This document shows, in pieces, positions 1 to 11,265 of a DNA stretch of 64,000 nt (the first letter of the stretch is position 1; each line of letters starts with the position of its first letter). Position numbers and translations under genes: made by a program. The notes under the pieces are model-generated. The model was given only the letters and a program-made list of their open reading frames with translations, ran no database searches and was not told the origin of the DNA. Source of the DNA: Hypanus sabinus (taxonomy: Eukaryota); assembly GCF_030144855.1 (NCBI RefSeq), contig NC_082711.1, positions 175,522,001 to 175,586,000 on the forward strand, given 5' to 3'.

Positions 1-399
1 TCTCTCTCTCTCATATCATAGTTAGTCCTGCTTCACTCAGGCGCTCTTAAAGCAACAGTCCACCATGTGAACCCACAGGTTTGTAACAGATCACACAGCA
101 CAGAAGCTTCAGGTGAAGAAAGCAAAAGATGAATTTGAAGAATCTGATTTTGATCTTTATGCAGTGATCAGTGTTGTATTTTAAATTACTCCCCTTCATC
201 AATCCTGATGGCTGCACAGACTGTTGCTTTAATGGTTTAATAGCCGTTTAGGCAAGAAACTGGAAGACCAAGTAATCTGTGTTTTGTCATTGTTCTATAC
301 AACAGCACAGATTTGAATTATTACGGTGTCTTTAGGACACCTATGGCATTCTAAACTGCTGTGAATTATTTTCAGAGTAATGGGTATAATGTGGCAGTT

Positions 400-1050
400 A
401 GATGCGGTAAGATGAGTGCAATTGGATGCAGCGGCCTCTCTGGGTTTAACCAAAGGTGCAGTTGCTCGTCATTTTTCTTTCACGATCGCAAGACTCTATT
501 GACTAATCAAGAATATCAAGTACTGCAGGTCTACCCCAATAGCAATTTGCTGGATTGCAGTGGAACTAGACGTGTTATGCATCATGTTGGAGCTTTCTAT
601 AGGCACTGTCAGTGGCAGTGTGCAAAGGCGTGATTCAACGGATAGTGCAGGTGACTGGTTTGGACATTTTGATGTGATCGCAAGACCCTGTTGGACATTG
701 GTAATGCAGAATACTGAGACTGGTTGATTGGTGAGACTGACAGCAGGGGAGCTCTGTGGCGTCGGTTTTGGCAATGTCCAGGGCTCATTCAAGCCTTTGG
801 GTCTCCTTCAGTGACTGATGAGGAAGGGTGAGCACTACTGGATTCTGTGCTGGGTTGGAGGCCTTCTCCTCCCATCAGTGCTGCTCTCCAGTGTTTGCTC
901 GGTGGGAGACAATTTGGATTTCACTGATCTGTGGCTGCACTACATGATATAAGGAACTATTGTGGCTGTTCTTGCAGACATGTGGCTCCAGGACAACAAC
1001 CATGTACCTTCATTCTACAGTCATGACACTTGGGGACTTGAGCTATATTA
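400..1050 (+). mobile_element. Rex1-like LINE-derived element, 5' part (boundaries approximate)
   Basis: Shares long motifs with 33130-33850 (cgcaagac, ctgcaggtctacccca, gaccctgttggacatt); decayed LPSVLLSSVCSV resembles the start of a Rex1-type endonuclease. Confidence 0.55.
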
Positions 1051-1090
1051 TTATTGAAAATAAAAATTTGGAACTTTTTTCCCATAATTA

Positions 1091-2996
1091 CAGTGCCTCT
1101 AAAAAGTATTCACCCTCCCCCTTGGAAGAGTTCATGTTCTATTGTTTTACAACATTGAATCACAGTGGATTTAATTTGGCTTTATTGACACTGATCAATA
1201 GGAAGAGACTCTTGCGTGTCATAAGAACATAAGGTATAGGGGCAGAAGTAGGGAATTTGGACCATTGAGTCTGCTGATCGTGGGCAGATCCAATTCTTCC
1301 AGTCATCCCCACTCCCCTACCTTCACCCCATACCCTTTGATGCCCTGACTAATCAAGAACCTCTCTGACTCTGCCTTAAACACACCCAATTACGGCCTTC
1401 ACAGCCACTCGTGGCAACATATTCCACAGATTTACCACCCTCTGACTAAAGTAATTTCTCTGCATCTCAGTTCTAAATGGATGTTGTGCCTCATGTCTTA
1501 GAATCCCCTACTGTGGGAAATAACTTTGTCATATCTAATCTGTTCAGGCCTTTTAACATTCGGAATGTTTCTAGGAGATCCCCACCCCCTCCACTCTCCT
1601 CAACTCCAAGGAATACAGCCCAAGAGCTGCCAGATGTTCCTCATACAGTAACCCTTTCATTCCTGGAATCATTCTCGTGAATCTTCTCTGAACCCTCTCC
1701 AATATCCTTTCTAAAATAAGGAGGCCAAAACTGCACACAGTATTGGAAGTATGGTCTCATGAGTGCCTTATAGATCCTCAACATCCCATCCCTGCTGTTA
1801 TATTCTATACCTCTAGAAATGAATGCCAACATTGCATTCACCTTCTTCACAAGAGACTCAACCAGGAGGTTAACCTTTAGGATATCCTGCGCAAGGACTC
1901 TCAAGTCCCTTTGCATTTCTGCATTTTGAATTCTCTCCCCATCTAACTAATAGTCTGCCCGTTTGTTTCTTCCACCAATGTGCACGACTGTGCACTTTCC
2001 AACATTGTATTTCACTTGCCACTTCTTTGCCCATTCCCCTAAACTATCTACGTCTTTCTGCAGGCTCTGTTTCCTTTACACTACCTTAACACTACCCGCT
2101 CATCCACCTATCTTTGTATCGTTGGCAAATTTAGCCACAAATCCGTCAATACCATAGTCCAAATCATTGACATACATCGTAAAAAGCAGCAGTCCCAACA
2201 TCGACCCCTGTGGAACTCCACTGGTAACTGGCAGCCAGCCAGAACAGGATCTCCTGATTCCCACTCGGTTTTTTCTGCTGACCAGCCAATGCTCCACCCA
2301 TGCTAGAAATTTCCCTGTAATTCCAAGGGTTTTTAACTTGCTGTGGGGACACTTCACTGCAGCAGGCCCTGGAAGGTTTGTGAAGGTGAGGGTAAAATGA
2401 ATGCAGCAAAATACAGCGAAATGCTGGAGGAAAACCTGAAGCAGTCTGCAAGAGAAATGCGACTTGGGAGAAGATTTGTTCACCAGCAAGACAGTGAACC
2501 CAAACATAAAGCCAAAGCTATATAGGAATGACTTAAAAGCAACAAAGTTAATGTCCTGGAGTGGCCAAGTTAGAGTCCAGATCTGAATCCAATTGAGAAT
2601 TTGTGGTTGGATTGAAAGGTTTGTGCATTCATGATCCCTATGCAATCTTAGAGCTTGAGCAGTTTTGAAAAGAAGAATGGGGAAAAACTGCATTGTTCAG
2701 ATGTGCAAAGCTACTAGAGACTTATTCACATAGACTCAAGGCTGTAATTGCTGCCAAAGATGCATCTACTAAATACCGACTTGAAAGTGGTGAATACTTA
2801 TGCAATAGTTATTTTGTGTTTGATGTTTGTAATTAATTTAGATCACTTGGTGGAGATCTGTTTTTGTTTTGACATGAAAGAGTCTTTTAAGTTGATCAGT
2901 GTCAAAAAAGCCAAATTAAATCCACTGTGATTCAGTGTTGTAAAACAATAAAACATGAAAACTTCCAAGGGGAGTGAATACTTTTTATAGGCACTG
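1091..2996 (+). mobile_element. Tc1-like transposon (family C), internally deleted and interrupted by CR1
   Basis: TA + CAGTGCCTCTAAAAAGTATTCAC ... GTGAATACTTTTTATAGGCACTG, long TIRs; transposase remnant MNAAKYSEMLEENL...HQQDSEPKHKAK. Confidence 0.88.
1221..2338 (-). mobile_element. CR1-type LINE 3' fragment
   Basis: RT motifs [38 protein letters not shown]. Confidence 0.9.
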
Positions 2997-3249
2997 TGTC
3001 TGTGCTCTGTGTGTTGTGTTTTAGTTCTATGTATTGTACCTTGATCGTGAATGGCAGTTAAACTTAAAATTGAACCAGTTGATGGTCCCTTTGCTATGAC
3101 TGGCTGTTCTCAAAATGGAAATATAAAAGTTTTATCTCCTGCATTGCTTTAATTAAAGAATAGATTACTGTACCATATCCAGGCTGAAACTCTAATGAGA
3201 ATTAGAATAAGATTCAAAAGTATTCAATTTTGGATTTATTTCTTCACAG

Positions 3250-3441
3250 ATTGTTCCATGTCAGTATCTTTTGCAACCTGTGAAAAATGATGATCGACAC
3301 CTCTATTCCCAGCACCTTAAATCACTGGCATTTTCTGTGTTCACGCAATGTCGGAGATCCTTACCACCTTCCACATATGTCAAAGCACTGACTGGTTTTG
3401 GCCCAGGACTGGCCTTAGACAGCACCTTAAAGAGTCCTGAT
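3250..3441 (+). CDS. MED13: MED13 coding exon (first in window; upstream exons lie outside)
   Basis: cacAG|ATT...GAT|GTaagt; encodes [64 protein letters not shown], matching the Med13 C-terminal region; phase 0/0. Confidence 0.95.
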
Positions 3442-3765
3442 GTAAGTAATGTGCTTGACTATCTTACAAATATGTTCTTTATTGTACGTACCAAGGGAGT
3501 CTGTTGCAATTCTGGGTAGCTCCAGAGGCAGTAGTATTGTTGGTACAACAATAACTTTGTTAGTGGTTCTCAGCTCTAAATTAAGTGTGTTGCTCTTATT
3601 ATTTTCTCAATTCTTGCACCAGACTGCAAAATATGGATGAGTTAGATTTTTCCATTGGGTCAGATTGGCATGTACCCAATTAAACTTGGTGTCTGGCTTA
3701 ACATCTGCTGATTTTGGTAAATACATTCTGCATGTCAGAATCAAGTTGGATTTTCTGCTGTACAA

Positions 3766-3925
3766 ACAGAAAACATAGAAAATAGGTGCAGGAGTAGGCC
3801 ATTCAGCCCTTCGAGCCTGCACCGCCATTCAGTATGATCATGGCTGATCATCCAACTCAGAACCCTGTACCTGCTTTCTCTCCATACCCCCTGATCCCTT
3901 TAGCCACAAGGGCCATATCTAACTT
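3766..3925 (-). mobile_element. CR1 3'-tail-only insertion
   Basis: Reverse complement of the 3' end seen at 41680-41790 (gatcagccatgatc...aatggcctactcctgcacctatt). Confidence 0.8.
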
Positions 3926-4912
3926 TGGGATTCTAACATACACTTTGGGAACAGAAGTAAACCACTTGGCCACTCAAGCTCACTCTGCCATTTAATATGG
4001 TCATAGCTCATCTGCTTGTACCCTTAGCTGCAAGTTCCTCTCTATCTTTGCTAGTCTTTCTCCTTGCTAACCAAATATCTACTCACATCTTACTTTAAAA
4101 TATTCAAAGACGATGCTACTATCATTCCATAAGGGTAGAAAGTTCCAAGGACTCTAAACCCTCAGAGAGAAAATGTTTTGCCTCCATTCTATAGGGAATG
4201 GGAAACACTTTGTTTTTAAACAATGACCCTGCAACCTTTGAGATGCAGATTATTAGGTTCTGAGGATTTGTCAAGCTTTAGCCCCAATAATTTTATGAAA
4301 CTTTTTTTTTACTAATATTTTTTTCTTCAGTGTCTCTCCATTCCCCTCTCCACCCATCACCTGTCTGTCTGTTCTTCCTTTGCAAAGACAAAACCAAAGT
4401 GTGTTGAATTCTTCTGTTTCTTTGTTCCCAATTATAATTTCTTTGATTATCTGGTTGTAAAGTTAAAAGTATCTTCCTTAACACACGTATGATGTGTTAA
4501 AGGTGACAAACCAGCCATGATTGCATGGGAAAGAATGGGAACTTGGATCCAGAGTTTTCTGCCATTAACTTGTTCCTGAATTTGAGCACAGTGGGTATTT
4601 TGATAGTCCTGATTTGTAGATGGATATACAGAGTCCCCAAGCACATTAACAGTAACCATTACTGGTGCCATCATCTTGCTGGAGAGAGGACATGGAGATC
4701 AAGTAGGTGTCAGCTTAACTGATAGCACTTACAGCTGGCTTCATTTTCAGTCTGGATAATGGTGATTCCACATATCACTTCTATCACAAAAGATTATCAA
4801 AGATAGTTAGCTCAGTGGCACCAAGGCAGCTCAGCAGTGATCTGGTGTCTTGGACTTGGCCATTGTGTAGTTCTACTGCGGTGACCTAGTACTGTTCAAG
4901 TTTAATCTAGGA

Positions 4913-6074
4913 TAGTGGTCGCCAACCTTTTTAAGCCCAAGATCCCCTACCTCGGCCTTAGTAAAAGGCAAGATCAACCCCAGATCAACTAGTTAAGCGC
5001 ATGTACACCAGGGCAGAAAAGACTGGAAGTAAAACCCCACAACAGGGAAGTAGAAATAACGTAAATACCAGGGGTACCATCCTGTTTTGCACAGTGGACC
5101 GATTTAATATTGACAATATTCTTGTGCACCGGCTGATGGGGGCGGGGTAGGGGGTGTTAAGCACAGCGGGAATACAACGATACTTGAAGCAGGCTCCTTA
5201 TGTCCAGTCTATTCCGCAATTTAGTTTTTGTGGCTCTTGGCACTTAGCTTCTGTCCCGCGCTGCTCACACTTTTTCCGCTGAAAAAACTCAACGGTTTTG
5301 TCTTTAAGTGCTGGGTGCTTGGACTCAGGGTACCGAAGCAGTTTTGAATGCTTCATTGCCTCATTGGACAGCCTCCGGGCCCGAACTCCAACTTCCCGCC
5401 CACCCGCCACCAGATGCCTTGGCCAGGTGTGGTTGGTTGTGGGTCGGGTGAGAGGACAACGGCGTGTGCCAGGGCCACGGCGGTCGCAGTCTGGAGAGAG
5501 CGACTGACCGAGTGAGGAGTGCGATGGCCACCCCCATCCCCCGTAGGATCTATTGGACAACAAAAGTTTGTTTCAGTAGATCGCAGCGGGGTAGCTACTT
5601 ACAAAACCCTGAGCCCCAGTTAGGTCGTCTGTGAATATTTTAGCACTGGATTCCCCACGAACATTCAGTGTGTCAAACAGGTTTAGAGGTAACGCTCCTG
5701 GCCAGTAGCGACGGCGCTTCCCACCGGCCGCCTGAAGCTAACCAGTGATCCCTGGCGCGAGGGTGTATCTGTGGTTAGGCGACTGATGACCTCGCGTGGA
5801 TTCAAGTTCAACAGTGAGTGTGACAGGGATTGAGGAAAGGTGCAGCTGACTCCTATTGTGTCCTCACGGCCCAGTGGTTGGGGACCACTGAAGTACACTG
5901 TGTAGTGCAGAGGAGCTACAGGCATGCGCACTGGGCAGAAGGAATGGAACTAAAACCCCGCAACCTGGAAACAACCTCTCAATAGTATTTGTGTACCTAT
6001 TTTTCTTTTTTCTTTCGGGATCTACTGGGGAAAGTCTCAAAGATCGACCGTGATCGACGGGTTGGCGGCCACTA
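4913..6074. mobile_element. Non-autonomous hAT/Charlie-type composite element
   Basis: 15-bp TIRs TAGTGGTCGCCAACC / GGTTGGCGGCCACTA (1 mismatch); exact 8-bp TSD ATCTAGGA at 4905-4912 and 6075-6082; Charlie-like transposase remnant LSNEAMKHSKLLRYPESKHPALKDKTVEFFQRKK on -. Confidence 0.9.
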
Positions 6075-6340
6075 ATCTAGGACCTATTGTGAATTTTTCA
6101 CTCAGGAGTAGGATACTTGCACTGTACAGCAAATAATTGAAACCAAACCTGCCTTCCTTGTGCTGTTAGGAATTGGGATGACTCCAGAAATATGTGTTAT
6201 ACACAAGAGTGATGTAGAGTCCAGGGCCTCTGCTTTATATTTGTGGTACAATAAGAGGTGCACTTAATCACCAAGCTATTTGTACAGTTGAGATATTTAA
6301 AACACAGACTAATTCTGAATCTGCCTGTTTTTCCCCACAG

Positions 6341-6564
6341 AGGCCGGAATATTTGCGCATTTATAGCCCACCATTTATTTTGGCTCCCGTAAAGGATAAG
6401 CAGACTGAGCTGGGGGAGACATTTGGAGAAGCTAGCCAGAAGTACAATGTGCTTTTTGTAGGTTATTGCTTGTCACATGACCAGAGGTGGCTGCTTGGAA
6501 CATGTACAGATCTGTATGGAGAGCTGTTGGAAACCTGCGTCATTAATATAGATGTACCAAACAG
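6341..6564 (+). CDS. MED13: MED13 coding exon
   Basis: ccacAG|AGG...AG|GTttgt; [74 protein letters not shown]. Confidence 0.96.
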
Positions 6565-6751
6565 GTTTGTAGACTTTTGGAAAATATCAAAATATGGACT
6601 AATTCATGCTGTCTAGTTAAAAGTCAGTCTGGTGGCCTAGACTGGTGGTGGTACTTTCCATTCAGTATTCTTGTAGCGAGGTTAGTCTATGCTGAAGGTG
6701 TTCAAAAATTACAAGAAATCAGGCATTGGAAATTATCCCAAGTACAAGATA

Positions 6752-8316
6752 CAGTGACATGCAAAAGTTTGGGCATCCCGGTCAAAATTTCTGTTACTGT
6801 GAATAGCTGAGTAAAAGATGACCTGATTTCCAAAAGGCATAAAGTTAAAGATGACACATTTCTTTAATATTTTAAGCAAGATTAATTTTTTATTTCCATC
6901 TTTTATGGTTTCAAAATAACAAAAAAGGAAAAGGGCCCGAAGCAAAAGTTTGGGCACCCTGCATGATCGATACTTAGTAACACCCCCTTTGGCAAGTATC
7001 ACAGCTTTCTGTAGCCAACTAAGGGTGTTTCAATTCTTGTTTGGGGGATTTTCACCCATTCTTCCTTGCAAAGGGCTTCTAGTTCTGTGAGGTTCTTGAG
7101 CCGTCTTGCATGCACTACTCTTTTGAGGTCTATCCACAGATTGTCGATGGTGTTTAGGTAGGGGGGCTGTGAGGGCCATGGCAAAACCTTCAGCTTTCGC
7201 CTCTTGAGGTAGTTGATTGTGGATTTTGAGGTGTGTTTAGGATCGTTATCCTGTTGTAGCCATCCTCTTTTCATCTTCAGCTTTTTTACAGATGGTGTGA
7301 TGTTTGTTTCCAGAATTTGCTGATATTTAATTGTATTCATTCTTCCCTCTACCAGTGAAATGTTCCCTGTGCCACTGGCTACAACACAAGCCCAAAGCAT
7401 GATCAATCCACCCCCATGCTTAACAGTTGGAGAGGTGTTCTTTTCATGTACCCTTTTTTCTCCAAACATACCTTTGCTCATTGTGGCCAAAAAGTTCTGT
7501 TTTAACTTCATCAGTCCACAGGACTGTTTCCAAAATACATTAGGCTTGTTTAGATGTTCCTTTGCAAGCTTCTTATGCTGAATTTTGTGGTGAGGATGCA
7601 GGAAAGGTTTTCTTCTGATGACTCTTCCATGAAGGTCATATTTGTGCAGGTGTCGCTGCAGAGTTGAACAGTGCACCACCACTCCAGAGTCTGATAAATC
7701 TTCCTGAAGGTCTTTTGCAATCAAATGGGGTTTTGATTTGCCTTTCTAGCAATCCTATGAGCAGTTCTCTGGGAAAGTTTCCTTGGCTTTCCAGATCTCA
7801 ATTTGACCTCCACCATTCCTGTTAACTGCCGTTTCTTAATTACATTAAGAACCGAGGAAACGGCTACCTGAAAATGCTTTGCTATCTTCTTATAGCCTTC
7901 TCCTGCTTTGTGGGCATCATTCATTTTAATTTTCAGAGTGCTAGGCAGCTGCTTGGAGACAGGGCTTAAGGAGTCAGGGTATTTATAAAACTTTGAAATT
8001 TGCATCACCTTGTTTTTCCTAATGATGACTGTGAACAAGCCATAGCCCTAACAAGCTAATTAAGGTCTGAGACCTTGGTAAAAGTTATCTCAGAGCTCAA
8101 ATTGCTTGGGGTGCCCAAACTTTTGCATGGTGCTCTTTTCCTTTTTTTCACTCTAAAATTGTACAAAACAAAAATAATACACTAATCTTGCTTAAAATGT
8201 TGAAAAGAACGTTTCATTTTTTAACTTTGATTTTTGGAGATCAATTCATCTACTCACTTGACTATTCACAGTAACTGAAATTTTGACCGGGGCGCCCAAA
8301 CTTTTGCATTCCTCTG
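6752..8316 (-). mobile_element. Near-full-length IR/DR-type Tc1 transposon (family A), frameshifted
   Basis: TA TSDs at 6750 and 8317; about 210-bp TIRs with repeated GCAAAAGTTTGGGCA; transposase ORFs 7721-8038 and 6999-7724 (HGGGLIMLWAC, QQDNDPKH). Confidence 0.93.
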
Positions 8317-9114
8317 TAAGCTTGTTGGGAATATCCTGTAAAATACTGATTAACAACTGCTATGGAGAAGCTGTGTGGCTTTGCCTCACCTCTGGACATA
8401 AGAGTTGTCTTACAACACTCTTGATGTTAATGAGGTTTTTTTTTGAGGATTATTTTCTTTAAGATTTTGCATGTGATTCAATAGGAAAATCACAATCAGT
8501 CCTTTTTATGATGTCTGTTACTGTTGAAATATAGTATTGCCTGAAGGCTAGTAATTTTAAGGAGTTCTGATTGTGTAACAATCTGACTGATCATTTCATG
8601 ACTCAGTTTATTGATTGGAATGCTTTAGAATTCTGCTTTGGCTCCTGCTTTTATTATAAAATTTTTATGTAATCCCTTTTTCCCTCCCACTCAAACTAAA
8701 TACTAGGATATTTCTTGAGCTACGTAAGGGCTTAGTCATTACTCTTTTCATAGATCCAATTCAAAGTCCTGTGTAGTTTGCTCAAGCAGACAGTCTTTGA
8801 GCCTTATTGGTAAATGTTAAGAGTGTTTGATCTTGAATGGTATAGAAACCAAGCCTGACTGTAACTTTGCATGAGGTTTTGGGTGTTTTTCCCAGTGCAG
8901 ACCAACAATCCAGGATCAACCAACTCCCTACAAAAAGTGAACTGATTTTGTATGTCTCTGCCACTGGATCCTTGGGTGGTGGACTGAGCATGTTTGCTTG
9001 GTACTCAATTTAATTGCATGGTAGTGTTTATGTTGTTACTTATATTTTCAAGAGAAAAGGTTTCTAGTAAATCAGTTTTACTCAGTTAAAGTAATGATTT
9101 GTATTATTTGACAG

Positions 9115-9257
9115 GGCTCGCAGGCGGAAAGGTTCACCCAGGAGAATGGGTTTGCAAAAGCTCTGGGACTGGTGTTTGGGTATTATGCAGATGACATCAC
9201 TTCCTTGGAGAGTTGTCATTGGGCGCCTTGGGAGAATAGGACATGGAGAGTTGAAAG
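9115..9257 (+). CDS. MED13: MED13 coding exon
   Basis: gacAG|G...G|GTaaaa; [47 protein letters not shown]; phases fit both neighbours. Confidence 0.96.
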
Positions 9258-9597
9258 GTAAAATAAATCAGAGTAAATCTGTTATGCAAACAGTCACATT
9301 ACATATTTGTTTTGCAATTTTCTTTTTCTATACTGGCAAAAGATTCTCATTTTTGGATGTATTGATTCCAGATGTGAACCGTGACTAATGGGGATCATTG
9401 TCATTATATACACACACATGAAACAGCCCTGTATTTTCTTAAAGAATATTTGCTCACTATGTTTGGTGATACGCTATTTTATAAGATTAATGTAATCATG
9501 TGATTTAGCTTTTTTTTTTCCTTATTGTAGGGATCTGGGTTAGGCAGAGTTCAGTTGTTTGTGAGGGAACCATACGAATTGGAAGGTACTCTAAATA

Positions 9598-10510
9598 CGA
9601 TAAGGCATAGGAGCAGAATTAGGCCATCTGGCCCATTGAGTCTGCACCACCATTCAATCATTGCTGATCGGTTTTTTAAAATCTCCTCCTCAACCCCAGT
9701 TCCCAGCCTTCTTCCTGTAACCTTTGATGCCATGTCCAATCACGAACCTATCAATCTCTGCCTTAAATACACCCAACGACCTGGCCTCCACAGGTGCATG
9801 TGGCAGCAAATTCCACAAATTCACTACCCTTTGGCTAAAGAAATTTCTCTGCATCTCTGTTTTGAAAGGATGCCCCTCTATCCTGAGGCTGTGCCCTCTT
9901 GTCCAAGACTCTCCCACCATGGGAAACATGCTTTCCACATCTACTCTGTCTAGGCCTTTCAACATTTGAAAAGTTTCAATGAGATCCCCCCTCATCCTTC
10001 TGAATTCCAGCGAGTATAGACCCAGAGCCATCAAACATTTCTTGTATGATAACCTTTTCATTCTTGGAATCATCCTTGTGAACCTCCTCTGGACCCTCTC
10101 TAATGCCAGCACATCTCTTCTAAGATGAGGGGCTCAAAGCTGTTCACAATACTCAATGTGAGGCCTCAGCAGTCATCAGTGCTTATAAAGCCTCAACATC
10201 ACATCCTTGCTCTTGTGTTCTAGACCTCTTGAAATGAATGCGAACATGGCATTTTCTTTCCTCACCACTGACTCAACCTGCAAGTTAACCTTCAGGGTGT
10301 TCTGCACAAGGACTCCCAAGTCCCTCTGCATCTCAGATTCCTGGATTTTCTCTCTGTCTAGAAAATCGTCCACACATTTATTTCTATTACCAAAGTGCAT
10401 GACCATGCATTTTCCAACATTGTATTTAATTTGCCACTTTCTTGCCCATTCTCCTAATCTAAGTCCTTCTGCATCCTACCTGTTTCTTCAACAATACCTG
10501 CCCCTCCACT
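9598..10510 (-). mobile_element. CR1-type LINE 3' fragment
   Basis: LERVQRRFTRMIP...LYSLEFRRMRGDLIE...RTRGH-type C-terminus. Confidence 0.92.
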
Positions 10511-11265
10511 AAATACCAGTGTAATAATACTATTTTAATATTTATTGCTGACCCTAATAAAATATGTGTGTGAATATATAGAATACATTGTTCCCGGATG
10601 TTAATTCATTAGTTGTGCCTAACGAGGGAAGAAATTTTCATCAGTTGTCTTAAAACTTGTCTAGTCTTTGGAAACAGGTATCGTTTTTGAGATTTGAACT
10701 TACTTAAAACTGATGTCACTCAGATGACTTAGTTATGAAGGCAGAAACATAATTTCATTAGCTCTTTACTGTAACCTACAGGATGCTGATCTTATGTTCT
10801 TATCAGTGGAATATCAAAGCCAAATCAAGGTTATTATCATACAAACAAATGTATACCGAGCAGCATTACAGGAACATAGCATTCATAATTAACGCATATT
10901 ACACACAATTTTAACAAGAGAAAAGAAATAGTTAAAGCCCATTTTAATACATAAAGTGATGAGAGTGGTCTTGGTGTTGCTGAACCCTCATGATTAGGGT
11001 TTTGCCAGTGGTTGAATAGAAGTGACTGTTCTTGAACCTAGTTGTGTGCAGCTTCAAGCTTCTGTACCTTCTGTCCAATGATAGCTGCAAAAAGATAGCA
11101 TGGCTTGGGTGGTGGGGTCTTTGATGGATGTTCTTTACGTGAGGCATCACCTCTTGTAGATACTACCAATTTGGATACTGGTATCAGAATACCATATCAG
11201 TGATGAACTTGAAAGAGTGCTGCCAGAGTGATTGCAACTTTTGTATGAAACACCACTCTTTTACT

